A stretch of 64,000 nucleotides of DNA from NCBI GenBank assembly GCA_021613535.1, contig CP075493.1, positions 4,650,001 to 4,714,000 of the forward strand. Direction: 5' to 3'. Below are positions 48,260-61,116 of this stretch, in pieces. This DNA is from Adineta vaga (Eukaryota; Animalia; Rotifera). The notes under the pieces are model-generated. The model did no database searches, was not told the DNA's origin, and saw only the letters and a list, made by a program, of their open reading frames with translations. The number at the start of each line of letters is the position of its first letter. Position 1 is the stretch's first letter. A program made the position numbers and the translations under genes.

Positions 48260-48809
48260 TTAAAGAGCATCAACAGATGCATTTTGTTCTTTGACTATTT
48301 TCAATTGTTCAAAAAGAAGATCACGAACTTTAGGTAAAATATCTTTATCTTCAATTGCTGTTTCATATAATTTAATTAAAACACTTTCACCTTTATGAAC
48401 TTCAGAAACAATAGCGGATTTATCTCGACCATCAGTAAACCATGCTTTAACATCAATCCATGTTCGATGTGCAGCTGCAAGAGCTGAACCTGATTTCACT
48501 CTAAAATATATATTCTATTGATTAAAAAAACCGATCAACTATATACACTTACGGTTCAACACCTAAATCAACTCGAACCGAATTCGATAATAAAGAGATA
48601 AGATCTGATCGGCTTGCTGCAATTTTATCAAAAAGTACTCTCATTGCTGTATCTTTGGTATCAGCAGCACATTGTTTATAACCATCAAACGAATCATGTA
48701 AACCTTCTAAGACAATTTGACATTTTTCGGCAGCTTTGCGACGAATAGCTGATGCATCATCACTAGCAACATTTGAAGCAAGTGCACCTGTGGCAGTATT
48801 TGAAGACAT
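48260..48809 (-). CDS. DUF2383 / PA2169-family four-helix-bundle protein (intron 48501..48552)
   Basis: DSFDGYKQCA..LFDKIAASR..GS..AAHRTWIDVK..AIVSEVHKGE..YETA; GTAAGT..TTTAG intron keeps frame. Confidence 0.8.
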
Positions 48810-49210
48810 GATTGCAAGTGTAACTAGAAGATCAAAAAGTACGAAGTGACATGATAGGCAAGAACGAACGAAAAATAATTATTATTATGGCTATTTACGA
48901 AGTTGAATAATAACGAATCAAGAATTGAACACGTACTATGTTTACGTAGATGTCGCATAATAATGATGTGATTTGATCATTAATCTTATCTTATCTTATC
49001 ATTGAAATGAGATAATCTTTTCAAAGAATTATTTTATTATAGTCAGAACTGATCAAAAATCGTTAACAATCAGTAAAATTTATATAGTAATTAATTAATA
49101 CAGAAAAAAAAAGAACTCAGTTTTGATACAGAAGATTGCACGTTGATTGATTGATTTACTTTTCTGTCTCTTGAAAATCGTTGATGAATTAAATCTATTC
49201 TATTGATTAC

Positions 49211-51435
49211 TTAAAATTGTAATGTCACTGTTCTCGATTCTCGAAAGATTGTCGGTACAAGATCAGCTAATTGTAAGAATGTTTGATCAAGTAAATTCTA
49301 AAAAGAAACCATGATACAAAATTTAAAACATCATTCAATATACAAAACATACCTTTGGTACAACAAGTTGAATTGTTGAACATCGATTTGTTCCCCATGT
49401 TCCCATTTCCATCATAAATCCTTTCAAACATTTCAGTACTAATTCTGCTCGTTTTAAAACCCAAGGTATAGTCATTTCCTATTGATTTCAATTTAAATAA
49501 GATTCGAAATTCTTTCATCATCAATATTTACCTCAGTCATATCATGTGTTAATAATAACGGTAATGTTAATGTCGTTATATCATGTTTACAACATTCTTT
49601 TAAAATATTTCGTAAACCAAATAGAGCTGCATGTCGTGAAGTAATTTCCGATGATGATCGTAAAGCACTATCATTAACAACCAAATGATAAACAACATGA
49701 ACTTCAGATAGATTTGAATGACGAGTAACATAAAAATCACCTACAGAACATAAATTTGGTTCCTATATGAAAATGATTAGTTATACAAGTTATTCTCTTT
49801 CTCTAGAATTAAATTTACTTCCAAAGAACTGTCACTTTGTTTACTGGTTAATGAATTCGAATCGACATTAGCTGAAGCAGTTAATCGAGCTTGATTTGCT
49901 TGTTGAAGACATTCTTCAATATTAGTTAATTGATGTTCAAAAGATGGAAAATGAAAATCAGTCGAACGTTCGCATACATTAGCAAATTCTATAGAAAGGC
50001 TGTTTTTTATTTTTCATTTGAAATTTTTACAAATTTAATAACCTTCTTTAATATCTGCAGTTGTTAAACGAATACGTTTTGGAACGAGAAGAATAAGTCC
50101 ACAAAGTGCATTCGAAAAAAGTGACATCAAAGTTTGAAGACGTTGTGGTTCAATTAAAATCTTATTACTATTCAAATCAAACAGATTGTTTCGGAATCGT
50201 TTAGAAAAAATGATTTCATCTTACTCTTTTTTTGTAGTTTTTAAACGACAATAATCAAGCATATCACAACGAATCAATCGTAGATTATACATTGATTTTA
50301 ACTGTGCACCTAGAATAAATGAAATCTTAAAGATCAATAATCAATTGAACAAGAAAACAAACCAAGTTGAACAGTATAACTAGTTTCTAAACGACGTTCA
50401 TTTACAGCTGTATCTGATACAGCAATCATAACCGAGAGAGGTGATGATGGAATAGCCTGTTGACGTGAATTCCTTTTATAAAAAGAATTATTTGACGAGT
50501 GTTTTTTACAAATTAAACGTACATTTTCGGACTATTCGATACGAAACTTTGTTCGTAGAGTTGCATAACACGATCTTTGAATTGTTGTTTTTGATGATCT
50601 TTTGCTGCTGTAATACTACTATTCCATCGTCCTTCAACTGACTAGAATAGAAATTTCTTTATATTATACAAATAAAATTATGAAAAAAGAAAAAATGAAT
50701 GATTTCTTTACTTGTTTATCTTCCATATGTTTCTGTGCAAGATTTCGAACAAAAACATCAGGATATTTATTTGTTGGTTCATTAATAACTTCTTGCATTT
50801 CTCGATGATGTCTAAAATATCAATTAAATGCAAATGAATAAATAGAAAACAAAAATTCAAACTTTAAATCTAAATCTTGTAATTGTTTATCACGTTGTTT
50901 TAATAGATCTTCAATTTCACTTTGATAGACATATTCAAGTTGAAGAAGTATCTCATAATTCGTTCCCGTATGAAGAACATTTTGAAATGTATTGGAAAAG
51001 ATTTGTTCATCACTTGGACGTTCTTGATGATGTGTATAAGCTTTAAATTCCTAATGAATGAAGATAAATTAAAATATTGATTGAGAAAAAAAAAGAAGCT
51101 TTACTTGAACAAGTTTAAACCATTGATCAAGAATTGTTTGAAGTTCCAGTTGTCCTTTAATTAAGGGTTCAACAGCAAGTTGAGTAATTTCATCTGCAGC
51201 TATTTGAATTTGTTCATTGAAAAATAATCGAAGTGCTTCTTGTAATTCTAAAGAAATATCAAAGAATTTGAATTGAAAATGCGATTTATTTATATATACA
51301 CTTACTTGGAAAAACAAAAACTGGTAGTTGCCATTGATCTATTAAACGATAAGTATGTTCACTTATAGATATTTTATTTGGAATGTCTAATAGGATTGTA
51401 TGATTAGAATATGTAAATGGAACTTGTCTACCCAT
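49211..51435 (-). CDS. C12orf4: C12orf4/FERRY3 (DUF2362) homolog, multi-exon
   Basis: [28 protein letters not shown] and [19 protein letters not shown]. Confidence 0.88.
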
Positions 51436-52219
51436 TGAATAATAAAATCTAATCTAGAATAATAATTGAGCGGTTTCGATTTGACATGACATACATGTGT
51501 ATGTAAATATGACTCATCGATGAGACTCATTATTTGTTCGATACATAGAGAAATTAATACTTTTCTTTTGTAAATTTTTCATTTTTTCTTTTTTTTATGT
51601 TGAAAAGAAAACCACATTTCTTATGTGTTTTTTTCTTTAAAAGCGACATCTATATTTATATGAAATTTGCAAAAACAAAGATATGATAAATATTCTTCTA
51701 ATGAACGGAAATTTTTTTTTTATTAATAAATAATTTCGTAATTTTCGAATGAAATGTTTTTTTTCTTTCTTTCTTTCAAATTTTAATTGAATTGATAACA
51801 TAAACAAATAAATATTCTCAGACTGTTATTGTTGTTGTTTTTATCATATACATTGTCATGTTTACTTTTGTCTATCTATCTCTCATTTATCTAGAATATA
51901 GGTAGAATAGAATTAATTCATGAGAAAGAAAAAATATCTATGATCATCATATCTACCTTTATTCTATCACTTCGGCTTCTTCTTTCTTTTTTTGTTCTTT
52001 TTTCGATATACATTTATTTTCCGCTTGAACGAACAGATTTCGACTGAGAAGGTATTCTTGTTTGAAAAGGTTATTCATATAATATCTTATTTAGAAATGA
52101 GTCTTTACAATCGAATGTGAGTATTCACCTTGAACTGCTATTTTACTTTCATACGTACTAGATTTTTCTTTGTTTTAAGGTAAAAGAGTTCTTATTTCTT
52201 TTGTTTATTTTCAGACATA

Positions 52220-55200
52220 ATGGGTTGTACAGGTACGAAAGCAAGCAAAGCTGAAGGTGATATTGATCGTTATCATCAGGAAATTTTGAATGCAGCACAA
52301 GGAGATGATGTCAGACGTCTTAAAGAAATTCTTGATGAATTGGATAAACGTAAAGCAACAACAACGAAAAAAGAAGTACTTAATATGGGTATGTATAAAC
52401 GAAAAGAAATCAATTCTTCTTTTATGTTTTGTTTTTTTCTTGTTGACAAATATTCACTATGATACAAACTCTTCAAATAGGGTATTGTCATCGCAGTTTT
52501 CATATTTGTATTCATACAATTCACTCTTCCATTTACTGGAGATTTGCCTTCGCCTTCTATTTCTCTCTCATCTTCTTTCTCATCTTTTTCACCTACATTA
52601 TCGATGAATCTAAACCCAAATATGTCCACAAATTGGACAGAACAAGTAATAGCACAATCCATACCATTAAATGAATATCCACGTCCAAATTTACGACGTC
52701 AAACATGGTTGAATTTAAATGGTCTATGGTCATTTACAATAACTTCTCTCGATGCAACATTTCCCATAACTTATGATAAAGTCATTCGCGTTCCTTTTCC
52801 TATCGAATCCTATCTATCTGGTATTCAAACACGTGTTGATAATACGAAATTTCTTTGGTATAAAAGAACATTTCAATTTCCACTCGTTTCTCAACAACGA
52901 ATTCTTTTACATTTTGATAAAGTTGATTATGAAACAGTTGTTTATATCAATCAAGAACTTGTTGGTACGAAACATTTAGGAGGTTATGATCCATTTTTTT
53001 ACGATATTACATCTTATATTAATGAAACAATCGATAATGAACTTGTTGTACGTGTTTGGGATCCATCAGATCATTGGTATCAAGCACGTGGAAAACAAAT
53101 GTTAGATATTAAAATCAATAATTCGATTTTCTATACACCTTGCTCAGGTATATGGGGAACAGTATGGCTAGAATATGTTCCCAATGTTTATATCAATCGT
53201 GTACAATTTCAAACCAAAATTTTATCAAAAGAAATTGATTTGAGTTACCAAATTGATCTATTTATTCCATCATTGCATTCAAAATATTATTTATTGGAAA
53301 TGGAAAAACAGAAAGAACAACTATTAGATGCTGCACATGTAGATATATCGGACAAATCAAATGTCACTGATAATAAACATAATTATAAACTTGAAATTCA
53401 TATATCCAACTCAAATCATGAACATGTTCTTACTTTAACAACAAAGAAAATCAATCAAAATAATCATTTCATATTCTCTCTATTCGATATCAAACTTTGG
53501 TCACCAGAAAATCCCTATTTATATGATATACATATTGAATTATATCAAAAAAATATTCTCATCGATCAAGTCGATAGTTATCTTGCATTTCGACAAATAT
53601 CTCTTTGTATGAAAACAAAAGAAATCTGTTTAAATAATAAACCATACTTTATGTATGGCGTACTTGATCAAGGTTATTGGCCTGATGGATTATATCGTGC
53701 ACCGACTGATGATGCATATATATATGATATCAAACAGATGAAACAATTAGGTTTTAATACACTACGTAAACATATGAAAATTGAAACATCAAGATGGTAT
53801 TATTGGTGTGATGTATTAGGTATGTTAGTTTGGCAAGATATGCCTGCTGGTGATTCATATATTGGTTATGAAATTGAATTTGAACAAGATAGACAATTAC
53901 GATTACATCGAGATATTAAAATAAATAATTTACCAACTGAACCTTCTCCATATGACGAACGTTTTATTCGTCGAAAAGAAGTTTCACATAGAAAATATGC
54001 ATCGAAAATTCAATTTGAACGAGAATTACAAATAATGGTAGATTTTCTTTCATTTCATCCATCCATTGTTATTTGGGTTTTATTTAATGAAGAATGGGGT
54101 CAATATGATACCATTCGTTTAGCAAAATGGATGGAATCCTATGATCCTCATCGATTAATTAATGCAGCAAGTGGTTGGCAAGATCGAAAAGATACTGGTC
54201 ATATTCGTGATATTCATGATTATACACAAAATATCCTTTTACCAATAGATGATGAACCAAATCGTGCATTAGTTCTTGGTGAATGTGGTGGCTTTGGTTT
54301 AGTCGAATTTGGTTGGAGTTATAATACATATCTTGATCAAGAATTTCTGACGTATGCATTTGAACAATTGATCATTCATTTATCAAAACGTTTATCAGCA
54401 ATGATCTATACTCAATTATCTGATGTTGAAAATGAAAAGAATGGAATATTATCATATAATCGACAAAAAGTCAAATTTCTTTCAACACATATAAATCGTG
54501 TATTGAAAAAGGATTTCTCTCGTATATTTAAATTTCAATATATCTGGAATCTAACCTCCATCCCTTATACTAATTATACTTATTTATCTTTAAATCGTTC
54601 ATTTCATCTTGATTTAAATATAAAAAATTACGATCTATATCATTTTTATTTCTATACATGTTATTTATATTCAGTGGTCAATATAAATATTAATAATCAT
54701 TATGTATTTTATTTTAATCGTACACATCTCATTCGAGATTATTATTATACTGCAATACCAATAAATCTTTTTCGTAATAATCGTTTTAATCAAAACTATT
54801 ATCTCAATATTCAAGTATCCTATTCGAACGATTCATTAATTTCCTATCGAAATCGAACATATTTCGATATATATATTGTTATGCTTTCTAAATAACAAAT
54901 TTTATTCTTTTTATGTGTCTATTTTTTCTTTCGATTAAATATATATATATATTTATATTTGTTTAAAAACATCGATTTTTTTTTCTTTTTCTTTCAGGCT
55001 ATCGAGAAGCAGACGGTTTGACAGCATTGAGTATAGCAGCTGGAAAAAAACACAAGACATTGACCGAAATTTTAGCTAGTGAGTTTATATTCAATGATTG
55101 AATCTTTTAATAAATTATCCTCTTGTTTAAATAGCATGTACCGAAGTCGACGTAAACAAAGCATCATTATCCGGAATTACACCATTATTAATGGTTGCAG

Positions 55201-57374
55201 AAGTTGGTTGGCCAGATATACTTGATATTCTTTTACAACGAGGTGCTGCTGTTGATTCAGCACCAGCTGGTAAACGAGCAGAAGAAAATAAAATAGCTGG
55301 TTCAACACCATTGATTGGTGCAACTAAATACAATCATCCAGATTGTGTCAAACGTTTATTAGCACATCATGCAAATCCAAATCATCAAAATCAATCGGGT
55401 ATATCAGCATTGATGCTTGCAGCGGAACAAGGTTATTTTGAATGTGTGAAATTACTTGTACAAGCTGGAGCTGATTTGGAATTAGCACCAAGTGGTAAGA
55501 GTTTTTGATTACATTTCTGTGAAGATGATGGTTATGAAAACAAACTGTTGTATTTCATAGGTCAATTAGCTTTAACAATGAATTTATGCGGCCAAACACC
55601 GTTATTTTGTGCGGCAAAAGAAGGACGAACAGAGATAGTGAAATATCTATTAGATCGTGGAGCTAATCCTCGTGTACAAAATCATTATGGTGTTAGTGCT
55701 TTATGGATTCCAGCACAAAAAGGCATGTTACAAGTTGTAGAATTGTTATTGAATGCTGGTGCTGATACACATGTTGCACCGTTTGGTAATCTTGCTGATG
55801 AATTAAATATAACCGGTTGGACGCCACTTTATGCGGCAATGAAATCTCGGAAATTTGATGTAGTTAAATTACTTCTGAAACGTGGTGCCGATCCTAATGC
55901 CGTCACAAAATTAGGTTCAACACCATTTTTATTAGCATCAGAAATATGTGATTTAGATATTATTGAAGCATGTGTTGAAGCAAATGCTGATCTAGATTTT
56001 GCACCAAGTGGTTCAGATGCTGATAATCTGAATATTACGGGTCAAACAGCACTTTTCATGGCAACATTAAAAGATCGTGTCGATGTTGTGAAATTTCTCA
56101 TAGACAAACGAGCACAAGTTAATGTACAAAATCGTTATGGTGTTTCACCATTACTTCTTTGTGCTGAATCGGGCAATTTCGAGCTTGTACAAGCACTCGT
56201 CGAAGCTGGTGCAGACGTGAATATTACACCACAAGGTGATTTAGCTGAAGAGAATTTTCTTGCTGGACAAGTAAGTTCATTTTCGGTTTTCGTATTTAAT
56301 AAATATTGATCGGTTTTTCTGTAGACACCTCTTTTTGGTGCAGCAAAAAAGGGCCATGTAGAAATTTGTCAATATCTAATTAAGAATAATGCCGATGTCA
56401 ATGCTGTAACAATGGTATGTTTATTATTATTCGAAAATGATTTCTTCTATGTAATTGATTGTTTAGACTGGTGCCACACCCTTGTATACAGCAACTGAAG
56501 AAGGCCATTTAGAAGTTGTTGAATTATTAATTCGACATGGTGCCGATGTCAACCGATCACCACAAGGTCAAGTCGCACGTGATCTACATATTGAAAACCA
56601 AACACCTTTATTAATTGCATGTATGAGAAATCATGAAGCTATTATTCGACATTTAATTGAATCGGGTGCCAATGTTAATGTTACATCAGAACGTGGCTCA
56701 TCACCGTTTCTTGCCATTTGTCAGCATAATAATGTTGAATTAGCACGATTGCTTATTCAACATGAAGCCCGACATGATGTTGAAGCAAAAAATTTATATG
56801 ATGGAAAAATTAATGGATTAATTGTTGCGGCAGAATCGGGATCCTTTGATATTTTACGTTTATTAGTTGACGCCGGTTTAGATGTTAATTATAAAATTGA
56901 AGGAAAAGTAAGATTCTATCTGGCAAGAGAATTAACTTGATGTATATCATGAAAATGTTTTTTTTTTCTTTCTAGGGTGAAACAGCAGGCCGTACACCAT
57001 TATTTTGTGCATGTGCGAAAGGCTTTCAAGATATTGTAGAATATTTAATCGATCGAGGAGCTGATGTAAATGGAACAGAAAAAGTAAGTTTAATCATAGA
57101 TTATGAAACTATTATGATCATCTTTATTTGATTTTAGAGTGGTCTTTCATGTTTGCATATTGCGGCAGCTATGGGTCATGCTGATACCGTTCGAATCTTA
57201 TGTGAACGTGGTGCCAATGTTGATCAACAATTTCGTTTCGAAGAGCAAGATGTCACTGCATATGATTTAGCCGAATCTCAGCAACACGATCATGTTTGTC
57301 AAGTTCTGAAGAATTTTGGCGCACGACAACCACCACATAGTACATTGCCTAGCCATGTAGAGTCTAATAAATAA
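52220..57374 (+). CDS. N-myristoylated ankyrin-repeat protein, multi-exon (coding intron 1 = 52389..54997)
   Basis: MGCTGTK start; phase-1 splice NMG|YREADGLTALSIAA; many GxTPLxxA repeats. Confidence 0.85.
52604..54895 (+). CDS. Glycoside hydrolase family 2, intronless, nested in ankyrin intron 1 (start uncertain)
   Basis: EYPRP..WLNLNGLW, QARGKQ, YTPCSGIWGTVWLE, GVLDQGYWPDGLY, FNEEWGQ, LGECGG and YTQLSDVENEKNG. Confidence 0.88.
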   Translation: MNLNPNMSTNWTEQVIAQSIPLNEYPRPNLRRQTWLNLNGLWSFTITSLDATFPITYDKVIRVPFPIESYLSGIQTRVDNTKFLWYKRTFQFPLVSQQRILLHFDKVDYETVVYINQELVGTKHLGGYDPFFYDITSYINETIDNELVVRVWDPSDHWYQARGKQMLDIKINNSIFYTPCSGIWGTVWLEYVPNVYINRVQFQTKILSKEIDLSYQIDLFIPSLHSKYYLLEMEKQKEQLLDAAHVDISDKSNVTDNKHNYKLEIHISNSNHEHVLTLTTKKINQNNHFIFSLFDIKLWSPENPYLYDIHIELYQKNILIDQVDSYLAFRQISLCMKTKEICLNNKPYFMYGVLDQGYWPDGLYRAPTDDAYIYDIKQMKQLGFNTLRKHMKIETSRWYYWCDVLGMLVWQDMPAGDSYIGYEIEFEQDRQLRLHRDIKINNLPTEPSPYDERFIRRKEVSHRKYASKIQFERELQIMVDFLSFHPSIVIWVLFNEEWGQYDTIRLAKWMESYDPHRLINAASGWQDRKDTGHIRDIHDYTQNILLPIDDEPNRALVLGECGGFGLVEFGWSYNTYLDQEFLTYAFEQLIIHLSKRLSAMIYTQLSDVENEKNGILSYNRQKVKFLSTHINRVLKKDFSRIFKFQYIWNLTSIPYTNYTYLSLNRSFHLDLNIKNYDLYHFYFYTCYLYSVVNININNHYVFYFNRTHLIRDYYYTAIPINLFRNNRFNQNYYLNIQVSYSNDSLISYRNRTYFDIYIVMLSK

Positions 57375-58399
57375 ATCAATAAATAAAATCTATTCCTTTT
57401 TCTTTTTTTTTTCTCTTTTCTGTTCCTGTATATCATAATACAACGTCATCCCGTTGTTCGTACTTTATTTATTCTTCTTATATCTTTTTTTCTTTGTCTC
57501 TACGATCGACGGTTGCTCTATTTGTCTCAATCTTTCCCCCCTCGTTTTGTGCGCCCAACTGTGTGTAATTTTTTTTCTTCTCTTCTATATTGTCTCTGAT
57601 TTTCGCTTGTACACGAGCTCACAATTTTTTCTCTTTTTCTTTTTCAATATCTGTGTTCTTTTCTTCTTTTTTCTTTATTGAGAAATTCCTACGAGTGTAT
57701 GTTTAGAGAGAGAAAGAGAGTTATTCTAGGAATAAAAAGTGAACAAAATAGTGTATATCTATGTGTGTGTGTGTGTGAAACAAACGATAGATTCATTTTA
57801 ATTTTACTTTATTCAATATATACATATATATATATATATTAAAGAAAAGACAAATATAATGAATCAAATTTTACTTCAGATTAAGTTGATCGATTTCAAC
57901 AACGAGATAAGAACGATATGTACGTGGGCATGATTATAAATTAACCATTACATTTTGCTATTTTGCATTCTAACAAAGTTATATAGATTGAAATCGAAAT
58001 ATCTCAACTTAAATTGAAGGTTTTGAAACTTGCAACTGCTTGATACATTTATATCGATATATTTTGATGAGATTTGTATGTTCGCAGTTAATAGCTAAAC
58101 AAAATGTCTTGAGAATTTGCTGATTGTGTATTGCACTCATTGATCTTTGACCAAATGATCTTCTCATCTACTTTTTCTATACTAACATAAAATCTAGTGT
58201 TAATTTTCCCGATTTATTCTATTCTGTTTGATAAGAAGCTCGAAATAATTGTCCTTTCTCGTGACATATTCTAATCAATGATGACATGTCATTGCTATAG
58301 GGGCATATATGTAGCTATTCAATGAAGCTAAAACTATTGACAAATAGAAGGCAAATTGAAGATATCGAAAGTAAATCATCTGTAAATTAATTTCAGATC

Positions 58400-60238
58400 A
58401 TGCATCAACAATTGTTTTTCATCGTTTCTCGTACTTCCTTGAACAAGATTACATCTCGTTCAATACAAACAATGGCAGATAGTAAATCATTTTTAGTTTC
58501 ATCTTTCATTTGTTTTATTTTCTTTGCTATTAGTTCGAAAAAGTATGCAAGCATTAGTTGGTGCTCAAATAGTTTATGGTCACGGAAATCAAAGTGGAAG
58601 TCATGCTCAATTAACTGATCAGATTGCAGTCAGTTCAACATTAACTTCACGTACAATCGCTGAAAGTTATGATGAAGCGATCATTCCATTAGGTAACAAA
58701 CTACCTTGTCTTTTCTTTAATTATTATCTATATGAATTAGCATCAAATATAAAACTACGAGAACCATATGTTAATTTCGAAAATAAAGTACGATTTGGAA
58801 GAATCCTCGAAGATCTGGATACCATGGCTGGTATTACAATAGAGCTTCGTTTTTTTTTCTTCTTCTAAATTAATTTCTTTCTTCAAGTTCATATTGCATA
58901 CAAACATAATGCTCCGCAATTGATTAAATCAATAAATGTTCATCCGTTAGCAATTGTAACTGCTGCTGTTGATCGTATTGGTATGAATAATGTAATATTT
59001 CTCATGTAGAACTTGTTTTGTTGAATTTTCTTTTTTTATAGAAGTGGCTGTACCTCATATGAATATTGATCAAGATATTCGTCTTAGTGGTTTTGCGTCA
59101 TATGTAGGAAAATCTTCAATGGAAGTGACATTAAAAATCGATCAAGTAAATGTTTCAATTGGAATGAAATACAGTTTAAAGAAAAACGATTTCGTAGGAT
59201 AATAATGGTACATGGAATCATATATTACATGCATTGTTTGTTCTTGCTGCTCGAGATCCACGAACAAGAAAGTCGGTTTGATCATCTGAATGAATTTCTT
59301 TGAAGATCATTTCAATTGTAATGAAATTAAAAACTAGGTCTGCAAAAATGAATCCATTGGTGGGATCAAATGCAAAAGATAATGAAATAATTAAGAATGG
59401 AGAATGTAAGTTCGAACATATACTTATGAACAACTGAAATTATACTTCTAGTGAACCGTCAACGTCGATTAACTGAACAAGATAAGTCATTATTTAAGAT
59501 ACCACCTGATACAGCTGAAAGTTCACTTGTTCATGATTTATTTCTCAAAACTATCACTCCAAAGTAAATCTATCGGTGGAGAAATCATCAATCTAAATAA
59601 ATCATTATTTAGTACATCAATATTTCGAACAAGACTTTTAACTGAAAATTGCATGTGGATGGAAGAAACAACTTTAAAAAATATGCATATTGGTCATCCG
59701 GAAGTAAATTTTTCTTTTTCTTTTCAAATACACAACAAATCGTTTTGTTTAGCAACGAAATTTATATAATAAAATATTCGGTGGTTATTTGATGCGTAAA
59801 TCATTTGAATTAGCTTGGACAACTGCAAGTTTATTCGCGTACGTTTCATGGGAGATCTTCGGATAAATGAAATTTCTCATTTTCTTTAGAAAGCAATCAT
59901 TAAGTACACTTGCTGTTGATGATATTATGTTTCAACGTCCGGTGGAAATCGGTTCACTTCTATTTCTTTCGTCTATGGTTGTTTATGTTGAAGGAAATAA
60001 GATTCAAACACGTGTACATGCCGAAGTTGTCGATATGCATACTGCTAAACGTGAAACAACAAATGTTTTCTATTTTATTTTCAAAACAAAAGATAATTCA
60101 CCATTGGAAAGAATTGTTGTACCAAAAACATATGCTGGTAAGTTGAAGACAATGAGAAAATAATATTCAATTTTTTGTTTGTCTTTCTTATTTTTAGAAG
60201 CAATGATGTATTTGGATGGCAAACGACATCTCGATTAG
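58400..60238 (+). CDS. ACOT9: Acyl-CoA thioesterase 9-like (double hotdog fold), multi-exon
   Basis: VRFGRILEDLD, IVTAAVDRI, VGKSSMEV, KIFGGYLMRKSFELAW and VVPKTYAEAMMYLDGKRH. Confidence 0.88.
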
Positions 60239-61116
60239 ACTCTTTTGTTACATATATATATATATAGATAGATTGTCTATTCTTTTTTTTTGTATTCGAC
60301 AAAAAATTTTCAAGTAATAAAAGTATTCTATGTATTTATGTCAATAAACAGCTTGCTTGAATATCATTTAAGTTATGACCTTGATCTATTAGACACATGA
60401 CCCTTGAATGAATATCAGTTACTGAAAATTTTGCTCGATGTATGATTTAAGAAGAAACTATTATCATCCGGTGTATAGTTGGTGAAAATTAAGGTATAAA
60501 CACCCACACACAGCATGAAAATGCATTATGATGCGAACAGCTGATATCTATTAATAACATGTATTCGGACAATTTATAGAAATATCTTCAAATTTTAGCT
60601 TCTGTCATATGATAGAAATAAGCAATATTGAGCTACAGGGTCATCTTCATCTATTCTTTCTTTCGTAATATAAGGATAAAACGGTGTCTCATCAATGCAG
60701 TAATATTTAGGAAAAAAAACAATTGTTTAGTGTTATCGTTCTTGCCTTCTTTTTTTTCTCCTTCTTATCCATCTGCTTAGTCTATATCGTTGGAAAGGAC
60801 GAAGAGAGAACTATCCTTCTATTCCGATGCTTTCTCTCACTATTCTTTTCATTCATTTGCATGGTGTTGTGCATATCCAAGGACAAGAAACCATCGTTTG
60901 GTTCTTCCTTTTTTTGCCATTATTTATCTTTCTCCTATTTTTTTTCTGGCATTACCGATATTGGCGCGTATTGGTACTATCTACTACCCAGGCCAAACGA
61001 GCGAGTAACAAACAAAAAAAAAAAGAAACGCCGTCGTAGTCGTTGTCGTCTTCAGTTTATATGTAGGAAGATACAAGTATATCACTCGACGTCTGACCTG
61101 AACTAAAGAAAATCAA

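Noticed and set aside
60723-61106. Short hydrophobic ORFs upstream of the PDZ gene
   Set aside because: T-rich promoter/UTR sequence with no motif
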